This document shows, in pieces, positions 49,107 to 62,219 of a stretch of 64,000 bases of DNA. The notes beneath the pieces were generated by a model, which worked only from the letters and a program-made list of their open reading frames with translations, did no database searches and was not told the DNA's origin. Made by a program: the position numbers and the translations under genes. This DNA is from Enoplolaimus lenunculus (lineage: Eukaryota), in contig JASANG010002859.1 of assembly GCA_030248215.1 (NCBI GenBank), positions 186,001-250,000 on the forward strand. The letters are read 5' to 3'. How positions within the stretch are numbered: position 1 is the first letter of the stretch; each line of letters begins with the position of its first letter.

Positions 49107-49503
49107 CAGGGTGCAACCGGAATTACAATTTACCGGAACCGGAACCGGAATTTGAAAATTTTACCGGAACCGGAACCGGAAAGTGAAAAATGCATTTCAC
49201 CAAAAATTTCATTTTAATCTTATTTTTTGCTCTATTATTTGTGAAATAACCTTAGTCGAACATAGGTATTTATTTTATTTGTTGTATTTTAGATTTTCGT
49301 CGTCGACTGAAGTGAAATCCACCATCAATGGCTTATATTCGGAATACAAGTGGCTTTCTAAAGAGATTCTTAAAGATTAGCAAAGTTAAAAAAACGGCCA
49401 AATTATAACACCGGAATTTTTAAATCCGGTAAAAATTTACCGGAACCGGAACCGGAAGGTGAAAAAATGCCGGAACCGGAACCGGAATTCCGGTTGCACC
49501 CTG
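49107..49503. mobile_element. hAT-like MITE
   Basis: TIR CAGGGTGCAACCGG; perfect 8-bp TSD CTGACGAC. Confidence 0.9.
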
Positions 49504-49504
49504 C

Positions 49505-49650
49505 TGACGACTATTTTCAATTGATGACGATTATTTTCAGTTTATGACGATTTTTTTAAATTTATGACGATTATTTTAAATTTATGACGTTTGTTTTCAA
49601 TTTATGACGATTGTTTCAATTTATGACGATTATTTTCAATTTATGACGTT
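49505..49650. repeat. 20-bp minisatellite TGACGATTATTTTCAATTTA, about 7 copies
   Basis: Direct reading. Confidence 0.9.
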
Positions 49651-49673
49651 TCTTCAAGTTGTTACCTATCAAG

Positions 49674-49900
49674 CAGGGTGCAACCAGAATCCCGATTCCG
49701 ATCACAATTACGATTCAAAACGAGTTCCGATTCCGTGTCCAAAAATCATCGCCAACTTGTTCGTACAACCTGTGTTTACAAATTGTTGCCAGCCAACAGA
49801 CACCCTAAATTGACCTGATACTTGTCAATACAAATTATCCGTACAGTCACAAAATTTCCAGTTCCGATTTCGGTATAATCCAGTTCCGCGTTGCACCCTG
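49674..49900. mobile_element. hAT-like MITE; related to 29012-29337
   Basis: CAGGGTGCAAC TIRs; TSD CTATCAAG/GCATCAAG. Confidence 0.8.
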
Positions 49901-52900
49901 GCATCAAGTATAACAACAATGGACAAATCTGACAAGATCACTAAACTCGTTGTTATTGCTTGACAATTGGTCATTTCGACACTGTGTCCACTCCGATAAC
50001 TTGCCACTCCGACATCTGCTTTAGGTATTTTCGGGTTGACCAATTGCGTGACCCGTCTAGAGAGATATCCAGGTCACAAGTTATCGGGCGATGAATTTAC
50101 CTGGTTCCATGCATAATAGACCATCAAAACCTACAGCTAATTCAAAAAGCACTCGAAAACAAACAGATCTTGTTGCTTAAAATGCCGATCAAATTAGCCA
50201 AAATCGCTTCAGGTCAAACCCACAACTGAATCATCAGCCAGCAACAAAACAAACTAATTCAAATATATATATATATATAAAATATATAACATATATATAA
50301 TCTTGAAAATACTTAGCAAGACACTACATACACTGGCGTGCCAGCAGAAGACAGTGTGCGGAAAGGCAATCCGTTTCCTGTGACCATACCTTAAATCCAA
50401 GGATGTAATAAATGAAAAAATTGGCTGTTAAGTATCGACATCACCCCCCCCCCGTTCCCGTATTTAACATCCGCTGCTGTCTTGAAACACAACCTTGTAC
50501 AAAATTCATATTTCCATCGAAATAACGCACACAAATTCGACAATTAAAACCATTTACATTCGTAAAATTATGCCGATTTTTACACAAATTATAAGCAAAC
50601 CGCTTGGTGGTTACAGATAGGCATCATGCAACTACAGAAACGCGGGGGGGGGGCGAGCGAGAACAGACATCCCCGCCCCACCGATAACGTCGATTCCCCG
50701 ACCAACATTTTTTCAACTTCATTAAAAGAATAAGGAAAATTTGCGTTGCCCCACCTGGAAGCTTCTTGCACCCTTTAATAATAATTTCTGGTTATGCAGT
50801 TGGTTCGAGCCCACACCCGGAGGGGGCGGTCAGGGATTGCTCAGCCCACCTGGAGAAATTATGGCCCCCCTGCAAGATTTGCAACCCCCCTGCAAGATTT
50901 GCAACCTTGCTTGTAAGTCATCGAAAACCATTAAATGCGAAAAATTGAAAAAAAAATTTTAGCCCCCCCCCTAGCAAGGTAAGCTGGCTACCAGTCTGAG
51001 TTGATATATTCTAGGTTCATACATAATACAATTTCAACCATTCACCTGAGTAATAATTCTGTATATTTACGTGCCAGTATGTATAATCATTAACAGGGCG
51101 GCCTACTTGGCTACTGCCACCACCAATCTCGACTGCGCGCAGCAGTAAACAAACAACCGCAGCGTACCTGAATGAATCATCAACCGAATAATTGTACAAC
51201 AAACCCCATAGCTGGTTGCCAAGGTTTTGAAACCGGGGTGGTTGCGTTACTCGTTCTACAGCTAAATTCCAAAAACGGCAGTTTGTTGTATTCCGATTTG
51301 AAAAAGTTACTAAAAGCCATGGACAAAAAACACCACCTGGACCCCTGACCCCCCACCCCCTTGGCACCATAGCTACACTCTTTTATAAATCTTACTAAAC
51401 ATAATATAGCGTCGCGACGGGCCCGTAGCCAGGGGGCGGGCAGAGGGGCTCAGTCCACCCTGGAAACATTTTGCTCCCCTATAAAGATGTTAAACCTTGC
51501 TTGTAAGTCATTAAAAACCTTTAAATGCCCCTCCTGAAAATTTTTTAACCCCCCTCCCCCAGCAAGGTGAGCTGGCTGGCTACGGGGGTGCTCATATAAC
51601 CAGATCAGTCGAGCTAAATGCAAGACAACAACTCTTGGTTGTGGAGAGAGCATACGATACGCCCAATTTACGCGAATCGGCAAAAAAAATTTTGAATTAT
51701 TTCGTTTCGAATGTTCTAAACTCGTATATATATGAATTACAGATTGAATTGAAAGCCTATATTTAGTACATTGTAGCAACTGTCAAAAAGGTATTTCAGT
51801 TTACCTTCACACTGTCTAAAACTAATTTGAATTCAGCTTAAGGTAATCCTCGAGTATTAAACTAACTTTTTAGATTAACTAAACTAGCCGGTAGGTTTAC
51901 GTTTAAACTCATAGCCGGTAGGTTTACGTTTAAACTCATTTTAAATGTTACATATTTTCAGTTTAAGCTCAGCTTAACGAACTCTTAGATACACGTCATT
52001 TCTGGGCTGCACTTGTTACTTAAACTAGACATAAACTTTACTGAAACTCGTGTTAAACTTAAAAAACATGTTAATTTAAGTAAAACTTAAAAATTCTAGT
52101 TTAGTTAGTCCGTCCAGCCATTGTAAGTTTTACTAAAACTAATTTTCAAGTTTAGCTAAGCTATAATTTAAGTGTTAGTTTTTAGAGAGCAGACAGCGTC
52201 CCACTGATGACAAAGCTGCATTTCTTTAACTCGCCATAGTAAACTAAATCATCTTTAGTACGCAAGAAGCTAAATCCCGCTTGTTACTAAACCCCCGTTA
52301 CCTCATTGCTAAATCGTATAAACTACATACACTAAAGTGTAAATTATACAAAAATTTCCAACCCAACAACAAGATCAAAATCACCGCCACAATTTAATCG
52401 ATCCCAACCCCCCACGGGGATACCTACGTCCCAGCCCCAGTCCCCCCACAACGCCGCTGACAATTGCCCATACACAACTTACCATTATTGACCCCAGAAC
52501 ACGCCGGCAACGATGGTCGTGACGGAATGATTTCTAGCAACATTATTGCTTGCAGCACACAGACCGGAAGCAACAATATTGCTACTGTTAAGTAGTAACA
52601 CTTCAATATATGTATTTTGTACCAAATGTTTAAATTTATATGCCGGCGTATTCACCAGATTTCAATCAAGTCAGCATATATTGACAGGTATATACTAAGA
52701 CGTTAAATAATCACACACACAAAAATTTGATCCATTGATCCACAAAACATCAGAGATCATGTTTAGTAGCCGAATCACACCTCAAAAATACTGCGAAAAT
52801 TTGTCAGCTTGTATAATAGTTAATATACTACTACTGTTGGCAAGACGTATTATATAACTGATATTAGTTTATAATGTAAGCATTCACTGGCTAACCTATT

Positions 52901-54011
52901 TAAGTACTATACGTGTTCTATATAGCCTGAAATTGACAACCAAAGGATAATTACGCAAATGTCCACATTTTTATTTTAACCAAACACTTTCAGAGCATCG
53001 GTCTGACAACATTTACTGGCACAAACTTAGCGTTAAAACCGGGCGCGTAGCTACAGGGGGGCGGCTCAAGCCCCACCTGGACAAAAATTATACCCCCGTC
53101 ACCATAAAATGTTCAACTTTGCTTGTATTAAGTCAACGAAAACCCTTGTGCGCCCCTTGCTGATCACATTTTTAGCCATTCACTAGCAAACATGAACTGG
53201 CTACGGCGGGAGGTATGGTTAAAATTTTGAACAAGCGTTATTGCTTCTAGCGATTAACCCGAAACGTTATGGTACATTTTTGGGGGTCCAAAACCAGGAT
53301 CCCTCTCGTGTTATCTTATTCCGCTGAATCAAGTATTGAAAAGCAAAAAATTAAAAGTATATGCAAACAATATTTTCAAACGCACACCATTTTGACGCAA
53401 TTGCCGGCTTCAAGAAATAGCCGACCACACCGACGCTGCGTTACCCTTTCGCTAGTTTCACACACACCAGAACTTATGCCCGTCACAAAGCGTCAACATG
53501 AATGGCGCGACTAAGCTTACACCGGCACCGCTGGTGACAATGGGTGATTATACTCGAGTCTGAGCAGACTTAAATCACATTGAATGACTCATTCATCCAT
53601 ACAGCTTCCACGCTCAGTCATCTCATTCAACGTTCAAATGCGTTAGGACATATGGTATATACGAGTATAAGACCGTTTGCATTTGACCACGGCGTGACTC
53701 ATTCGACTGCGCCACAGCCTAGAAAAGTAGACCCCACTTGACCATGATCAACCAGCACACACACCCGAGGTCGTAATACTGCAATTTATATGACGTCATG
53801 GACCGAAATTTATATGACGTCATGCAGGTTTTGAACATATGAATTTGTATACATACAAAAAGCCAAGGAGGGTCGATGGGTCCGGACCCCAGAACCACGA
53901 TCAAAGGAACATTTTATATGAGTATTATAGAAAGATTTCACGGAAAAAATAGCGTGTAGCATCTCGCTCGCAAAGTTTTCTTTTTACAATTTTACACACC
54001 ATAAGATCCGA

Positions 54012-54155
54012 GACCCGTGTTACTTTTAGTGCCATGCCGGTTTTTAGTGGGTCTACAAAAGAGTAGGTTTAGATTCTAGACTGCATTTTTTTGCTTAGGC
54101 TTAGGCTTAGGAGTACGCTTTTGCACAACACTTCAGCTTAAAAGTAACGTTGGCC
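54012..54155. mobile_element. Merlin-like MITE family B
   Basis: TSD AGATCCGA/AGATCGGA. Confidence 0.82.
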
Positions 54156-54484
54156 AGATCGGATGTAGGGTTCTAAGGATCTTGTCATTAGACTCACACC
54201 AGCCAGTTTTAAATGTCCATTGGCGTCGCATGCCAATTTTTCAAAATTCAATCTTCATTTCAACTCTTCGTTGGCCGAAACACATCTGTCCCAATTGATA
54301 ATTGTGGCTACGCGACCGGAAAAATCGGTACATTTCTTTGTTTCATATGACTCAAACTCGATCAACCACAACTACGAATTATTCTGGAACCCTGGCCCGG
54401 TAAAAATGATGACAGGCGAACACTGTAATTGAAAACCGGTAATTTTTCCGTATTCTCCGCACGTATTGGTAAAAACACAAAGTT

Positions 54485-54528
54485 AACAACAACCACAACA
54501 ACAACAAAAACAACACCAACAACAACAA

Positions 54529-54591
<63 letters not shown>

Positions 54592-54592
54592 C
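54485..54592. repeat. (CAA)n microsatellite
   Basis: Direct reading. Confidence 0.95.
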
Positions 54593-54920
54593 GTCCATCG
54601 TCAAACGCAATCTAACTCATTACTCCACCTGAGTTAAAAGTTGAACTCAAATTGAAAACAAAACCAAAATAAAAAGGTTTCAACCCTCAACTGATATTCA
54701 ACTTTGAATCTCAATCCATACATTGCAATTAGTCAATTTCAATACACAACAGCGATTCGGATACAGAAGTAAACCGCAGAAATGATGTCAGCAGTCAGCC
54801 TATAATCTTTACAGTAGGGATTGATTGCACGTCATGCTCGTCAATGATTCATTTGGCTTATCAAAATAGCAACACAGAAGTATAAATATTTCATTTACGT
54901 CATAAATGATTATCAGCTAA

Positions 54921-55172
54921 AGCCCAATTCACACGTTCAAGTTTTGTCAGTAAACAAAAAAGTTCTTGCCGCATCAAATTATTCACTGAAGTTCATGCTA
55001 TTGAATTTAATTCGCACCTGTGAACGCAGTTGCAAGTCGTTTGAATTTCTTCCACCTGCAATTTGATTGGTCAGTCGAAAGGTTCCTTTGAATATGCTTA
55101 CAGCTACAAGGATTTCGTGCAAGTTGCAGCTGCGAGTTCTCGCTGCAAAAACTTACACGTGTGAATGGGGCT
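54921..55172. mobile_element. PIF/Harbinger-like MITE
   Basis: TAA|AGCCC...GGGCT|TAA. Confidence 0.75.
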
Positions 55173-56091
55173 TAATATTAAAGCTGACTAAAAAATTTTT
55201 ACATCGAACACAACTTTCACAACGGGATTGTGATGTAAAAATAAATATATACGTATAGCACAAAATCATTCAATGAAAACAAACACAAGTTTGTATTACA
55301 TATATCAGGGTGCAACCGGAATTCCGGTTCCGGTAGGGAAATCCGGTATTTTTCACTATCCGGTTCCGGTAAGAAATCCGGTATTTTTTCACCGGAATTT
55401 TCCGGTATTTTCAGTATTGAAAATTATTTCTCATTCGAAAATTTACGAAAAATTGGCATATTATTCGAACTTATTTATCTCAAATTGTCCGAGCGTGCAT
55501 TCCCAAAATTTTCAATTTGTGCCACACTCCATAATTTATCTCGTATGTTTCCACCTACTGCACTTGTTTCAAGATTTTGGCATTCTAAATGGGGTGTTTA
55601 CAGCATTAAAAGCAATAAAATAGCGCTTAACAATGAATTTTTAGGTATGTATGTATGTATATATATGCTCTTAATCGAAACACATCTCGTTAGCATTCGA
55701 GCAATCACAGGAGTTGAATTTTAATTTTAAATCTTCAGTTGACACTCAAACGACCCGCCGTTCAACTCAACAAGCTCAATTAAGAGTTATTTTACGAACA
55801 GCCGTCCGTCAACGATAACTAAACGCAACTATCAAACTAATCTTAGTGTTTACAGCATATCCTAGTTTGATTCATCTTATATCCGGTGGCGACACACAAC
55901 ATCAATATAGTCATCATAACAACCTATTATTGCTCATGATGAATCATTAGCAAAGTAAATATATCCAGACTGGACAGCCAGAGTCGTAACCAAAAATTGG
56001 AAACGGGGGTTGGTTGGCTGGGTTCCATAAAAATTGTCAAAGGAACGAGTATTTCTTGTTTTACCAAACTGAAAATCTTCTTTAATACTCT

Positions 56092-56321
56092 GGACAGAAA
56101 TCACAAATAGGAAAAAAAGGACAGAAATTAGGAAAAAAAGGACAGAAATCACAAATAGGAAACAAGGACAGAAATCACAAATAGTAAACAAGGACAGAAA
56201 TCACAAATAGGAAACAAGGACAGAAATCACAAATAGGAAACAAGGACACAAATCACAAATAGGAAACAAGGACAGAAATCACAATTAGGAAAAAAGGACA
56301 CAAATCACAAATAGGAAACAA
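56092..56321. repeat. 26-bp minisatellite GGACAGAAATCACAAATAGGAAACAA, about 9 copies
   Basis: Direct reading. Confidence 0.93.
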
Positions 56322-56734
56322 GTTTCGACCCCTACGCCCCGTTGAGATCAATTTAATTTAATACATATGTTATTCAGCAACTAAGCGTTATAACTACTTA
56401 TATGTTTACTGAATTACAATTAATTGTTAGCTTGTTTTTTTCTTTATTTTTTACTTCATTGCACTTCTTGACTTGCGCAGTATTGCACAATTTGATAAAA
56501 TTCACGAGCACAACCGTAAATATCCCGTATCCTATTCGGTTTATACCGAATACCGGAAACAACTATCGTATTGCCGGATATTAAACCGGATCCGGCAATC
56601 CGGTCGCATCCTACTTTGACGATGTAAAACTTGATTGGAGCAGCATAATTCTGGCTACAGGCATAACCTCGAACTACAACAGTGCATTTACAATACTGAC
56701 CGCAATCGGCGTTCATACGTAAAAAAGACCTTCA

Positions 56735-57323
56735 CCCCTTCTCACATTGAGTTGCCTATAGGCAACTCAGTGCAGTGTATATACGTTAAATAGTATATAT
56801 CGCACCGCGTTTAACAATAAATTGCAACACGTATACATAGAACTAAATCACCACAAGACGTGAGAGCCCCCTCGGGCTCGAGCGTCAAGCTCCTACAGCT
56901 GAGTGGTGATGGTGTACGCCTCCCACTCCAGTCACTGGAATTCGAATCCTAGCATAAAAGTAGGTCTCAGGGGAAATAGAAACTATTCATGTGAGGAAGT
57001 GTTAAACGAAAAATTTTCAGTTTACTATCTTTAAACGAAAAATTTTCAGTTTACTATCTATAACCCCTTCTCACATTGAGTTGCCTGTAGGCAACTCAGC
57101 GCAGTGTATATACGTTAAATAGTATATATCGCACCGTGTTTAACAATTGCAACACGTACACGTACTAAATCACCACAAGACGTGAGAGCCCCCTCGGGCT
57201 CGAGCGTTAAGCTCCTATAGCTGAATGGTGATGGTATACGCCTCCCACTCCAGTCACTGGAGTTCGAATCCTAGCATAAAAGTAGGTCTCCGGGGAAATC
57301 GAAAATATTCATGTGAGAAAGGG
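56735..57323 (+). mobile_element. Two tandem piggyBac-like MITEs (56735-57001, 57064-57323) separated by a duplicated 29-bp spacer
   Basis: CCC/GGG ends, TTAA at right ends, high mutual similarity. Confidence 0.82.
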
Positions 57324-58004
57324 TTAAAGCACACAGTGTCTGACTCATACCACAAAATACCGACGAATTTTAATATTCCTACAAAATTGTCTCTGTTAAA
57401 CAATTGGGACAAAAAATTATTCATATAAAACTTTACAAACACACCAGCATCCATCAAAATTCAATTTAATGGATAAAAACATTTATGTTCATTATTTTAT
57501 TAAAAAAATCACCAAGGCCGAATACAGCCATTTCAACCAGCCCGTCATATGTACACAGTTAAATCCATTTCAAAACCAATAACGAACGAAAAATATTAAA
57601 ATTAATACAACAACATCAAGGTTTGAGCAAAAGTTGAACAAATTCGGCAAAAACAATAGCGATTCCGTTCCGAATTCGGCCCAATTAGCGGCTCCGATAC
57701 GACTTCAATTGGCAAATGCCGAATCCAACAATGTTTAACAATATATGCTTACTTTTTTTAAACAATAGAAAAATTTAAATAATAACCCCGTCAGAGAATT
57801 AATGGATCCGCCGCTGTCTTCCGGCACGCGTAAACTTCCCCCAAAGTTTATGCTCAAGACGAAGCCAAACGGTAACCCAAGTATAAAAAATAACAACAGG
57901 GCCGGAACAGGCACCCACATACCCTCATTTTGGAAGGCCCCATCCCTAAAGCGACCCAATCTTAACCGTACGAAACAAAAACCGCCGAAGTTTTAAAATG
58001 CGTC

Positions 58005-58730
58005 TTTCTTCTCGCTCGTTTCGCTTGCGAGTTTGGGATCACCCACCCCTGTCTGCTCCGCGTCTGAATACCAAAATCCGTCAAGTTCCAAAACGAGGAA
58101 CGTACAAAAGTTCGTTTCCGAGCATATTTACATCATTTTTAGAATTATTGCTTATATGCAAATTATCTATTAACTAACTAATCAATTATCGATTTTAGAC
58201 GATCGTAAACAATTGATTCAAATTCCTCGCACTTGAAAACCCTTTAGTGCTGAAATTATATTGCTTTTAATCTTAACAATTAGTGAAATATTGTAAAAAG
58301 TCCTAATTTAGGCTTATAAACTATGCTAATATGCAAATTATCTATTAGTTAACTGCTCAATTATCGGTTTTGGAGGTTTGTAAACAGTCTACGCAGATTC
58401 CTTGCACTCAAAAACCCTTTAATGCTAAAATTAGATTGCTTCTAACTGTAATAATTAGTAAAATATTGTGGAAAGTCCTAATTTAGGCTTAATTAATTAT
58501 GCAAATTAGCCTGTAGCTAATAAACGGCTTAAAATTTTAAAACCCCAATGCAAGGTTAACACCCCAGGATAATTGGCTTTCAAACAAAAAAAGTTTATCA
58601 AAATCGGTTTAGCCGTTCCTGAGATTCTTTTCGGACGGACAGTCGGACGGACGGACATCCACCTTTCGATTCGACCCCCAAGTACAAAACATAAAACGCT
58701 TCGCGATACTCCGAGCTTCGCTCGGAGTTT
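58005..58730. mobile_element. Helentron/DINE-like non-autonomous rolling-circle element (putative)
   Basis: AAAATCGGTTTAGCCGTTC core, GGAC microsatellite, terminal hairpin ACTCCGAGC-TTC-GCTCGGAGT, internal approx. 180-bp tandem duplication. Confidence 0.55.
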
Positions 58731-58933
58731 CACTTCGGTCAACGAAAGGAAGTTGTATATAAAAAATCGTCAACAAACATGACTCATTCATAAAACTACT
58801 AAACTATGACGTCATACACAGTGTTGTTGTCTACACTATAGAGCAAACACAGTACTGACGTCGCAGAAAACAACGCATTTGATTGGACAGCTTTCATTTG
58901 GGAATACAAACGAGCGACTACTGGGGGGATGTA

Positions 58934-59093
58934 CAGGGCCGTAGCCAGCTCACCTTGCTAGGGGAAGCTAAAACTATGCCAGGAGGAGCGTTCAAGAGTA
59001 TTCAATGACTTACAAACAAGATTGAAAATCTTCTAGGGTGGTCAAAATGTTTCCAGGAGGGGCAGAGCCCCACCCCCCTTGGCTACGGGCCCG
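58934..59093. mobile_element. hAT-like G/C-run MITE (TIR CAGGGCCGTAGCCAG); other copies about 12292-12440, 50810-50997, 51417-51587, 53039-53216, 61759-61933
   Basis: TIRs; TSD GGGATGTA/AGGACGTA. Confidence 0.78.
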
Positions 59094-59774
59094 AGGACGT
59101 AGCTTGCATTACATGTCGGGAGGATATAATAGTGACTAGGATGTAGCTAGGATCAGATTTCGGTACGGCATTTCGAGAGACGATATATCCGTCTCTATTC
59201 CTGTCCTTATATACGTCCCTGGCAGGCTGCAACCGGAATTACAATTTACCGGAACTGGAACCTGAAATATTTACCGGAAACGGAACCGGAAAAGTAAAAT
59301 TACATGCCACCGAAAAATTGATTTTATTTTTCATTTTCGCAATATTAATGATGAAATAAATAACCCTAGTTGGAACTTTTACGCATTGCGCAAAGCTGGC
59401 AAATTATGTAGTATATTTAAAAACTGGAAACTTCATTCAATACACAAACGGGTCCGTACAAATGGCGTAACAGACTTTAACGGCGAATTGTTCCATATGT
59501 TTACTTTTCTAAACCAAATGACCATCACGATTAAATTAGCTAAAATTTAGGCTTAGGGTTTAGTTTAGGCCAGACCTTGGTTTAGTCCAAGTTTCAGCTT
59601 CAACTTAAACATTGACAGGTCAATCAATGAAAATTGAACACCAATCAACTCAGCTCCACAAGCTGCGTCGAATGATATATAATTTGTCTGACTTTTTGAC
59701 AAAAATTAATTTGAGCAACAAACACGGGGACAAGTACCTACAACCGTTTCAGTTTCCTTTTCCCCTACGTCCTG

Positions 59775-59996
59775 GGCCCATATTCTCAAATGCGTATAGC
59801 AAATATCATCAGTTAGCGACAGGTTTTCAAACTGACCAACATCTGCAGTTGCAGATCTCAAAATTTTATACCGAAGTTGGGCAAATCAAACGCGAACAAT
59901 GTGCTGAATTTCAAATCTCACCATACGTTGGTACCAACGTTACAGGACCTATCGCCAACTGGTAACAAATGCTATACACATTTGAGAATACAAGCT
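59775..59996. mobile_element. PIF/Harbinger-like MITE
   Basis: Same family as 4960 and 47020. Confidence 0.8.
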
Positions 59997-60235
59997 CTAA
60001 TCGTGACCATTGGCCTCGATCCTGACACCAGAGACAAACCCGTGACCCTACGCTGAGTCATCAGCGGTCACCCAATACAAACATTTCGTCTCAAAAACAT
60101 AGGACAACCTCGACAACAACAAAACATACACGAACAATAAATACAAACAACACCGAAAGACAAAGTGAATGGCAGAACTTTTAACTGTTCATACTCACAA
60201 TGCAACCATAGCAGCATCATCATCATCATTATCAT

Positions 60236-60385
60236 GGCCCATGTTACTTTAAATGGCGTCCAGGTTTCTGTTTCTGATGGGTCCATAAAAGATTAGGTTT
60301 AGATTCTAAATGACATTTTTTTGCTTAGACTTAGGCTTAGGAATACGCTTAATTTACTGTTACGCCCCTTAAAGTAACACTGGCC
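60236..60385. mobile_element. Merlin-like MITE family B
   Basis: Perfect TSD ATTATCAT. Confidence 0.88.
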
Positions 60386-60864
60386 ATTATCATCATCGGC
60401 CAATCAAAAAACATCACTAGTACGTCACTATGACGACATCAGATTTCGCAGAAACACAATTTTCAGAGGACAGACGACAAACACTTGACTATAGTGGACA
60501 AATTTTACAGTGAAACAAAACTCGTTCACAGCGAAAACAAAAAATATTGTAATTTTAAAAACTCAACGAAAACCTCGCGTTCGCTCAAAAACGGTTGCGA
60601 TTTTGAAACTTTTTGCATCCGGTTCCGCTTGTGTTTCCGGTAACTTTTTCAAGTTCCGGTTCCGGTAAATTGTAATTCCGGATGTACACCCTGCCTGCTG
60701 CATCAGCTATGCGTCGCTCATCATTTGCAACCACTTCTTAATAAACAGTATTTGTATATTTTTTCTTAAATGTCATGCAATTATTAAGCTCAACTCATCT
60801 GTAGATATAGTGAAAATAAACGTGTCGGTAGCTGTATGCTCCCAAAACTACCGATACCAATCGC

Positions 60865-61540
60865 GGCCCATGCATGGAAGAACAGGGCCGGACCAGTAGT
60901 GGCAGCATATTCCTAAGCCTAAGCCTAAGTCTAACCGTATGGATGATCCTATTCCTAAGCCTAAGCATATGGATGAGCCTATTCCTAAGCCTAAACGTAT
61001 GAATGAGCCTATTCCTAAGCCTAAGCCTAAGCCTAAGCATATGGATGATCCTATTCCTAAGCCTAAGCATATGGATGAGCCTATTCCTAAGCCTAAACGT
61101 ATGAATGAGCCTATTCCTAAGCCTAAGCCTAAGCCTAAGCATATGGATGAGCCTATTCATAAGCCTAAGCCTACGCATATGGATCAGCCTATTCATAAGC
61201 CTAAGCCTAAGCATATGGATGAGCCAATTCATAAACCCAAGCCTAAGCATACGGATGAGCATATTCATAAGCCTAAGCATATGGATGAGCCAATTCATAA
61301 GCCTAAGCCTAAGCATACGGATGAGCCTATTCATAAGCCTAAGCATATGGATGAGCCAATTCATAAGCCTAAGCCTAAGCCTAAGCATACGGATGAGCCT
61401 ATTCATAAGCCTAAGCATATGGATGAGCCTATTCATAAGCCTAAGCCTAAGCCTAAGCACAAAAATTTGTCTACATCTTAAACTGACTCTATTATAGCCC
61501 CTCCAGAAAACGATCCGGCCCTGTTCTATAAATGGGCGCC
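60865..61540. mobile_element. Merlin-like MITE family A (long array)
   Basis: TIRs; TSD CCAATCGC/CCATCCGC. Confidence 0.88.
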
Positions 61541-62219
61541 CCATCCGCGGCGATACTGTGATTCACCGATGCCGATGAATCCGTTCACAACGACGAACGG
61601 CACACAACATTCACCAGAGTATTTCATAGACTGAGACAACGAATGACTCAAAACTTTACAATTCGTGTTTTTCTCCTTAAATTAAATGTATTTTTTTTGC
61701 TTGAAAAAATATTCTTGTCTGTCAAATCAAATTTCGTTAAAATCGACTTTGTTTATCTCACGCCCGCCGCCAGCTCACCTTGCTGCTAAGGGGGGCGGGG
61801 CTAAAAAATTTTCAGCAGGGCATGCAAGGGTTTTCGAGATGAGTTACAAGCAAGGTTGAAAATTCTCTAGGGGGGCCTAAATTGTTCCAAGGGCGGTTGA
61901 GCCCCCCTGGCCCCACCCTTGGCTACGGGTCCGATTTATATCTTCGGTCGTTTAAATAACATTTCATACACATCGCAACGCATGAAAATGTCGATTCTGG
62001 TCGCAGTCAAAAAAATAGATTCATAACTGTTGTTGTTGTTGTTTCGTGTCAAATGAGAATTTTTTTCACAGAATAAATACATCAGGGGGTGTAACTTTCG
62101 ATCAAACCCGTTTATTCAGAAGTGCCCGTAGAATTTAATTTTGAACGGCCTGCAATTGTTCCTGGCGTTTGTACAATTTCGAATTTTCACAAATTTTGGC
62201 AAAAGTAGGTTTTGAAGAA

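Noticed and set aside
54362..54632. PolyV, polyL and polyT ORFs
   Set aside because: Translations of a (CAA)n microsatellite.
57211..57276. Functional tRNA gene
   Set aside because: A/B boxes are present but the acceptor and anticodon stems do not pair; it is part of a multi-copy MITE.
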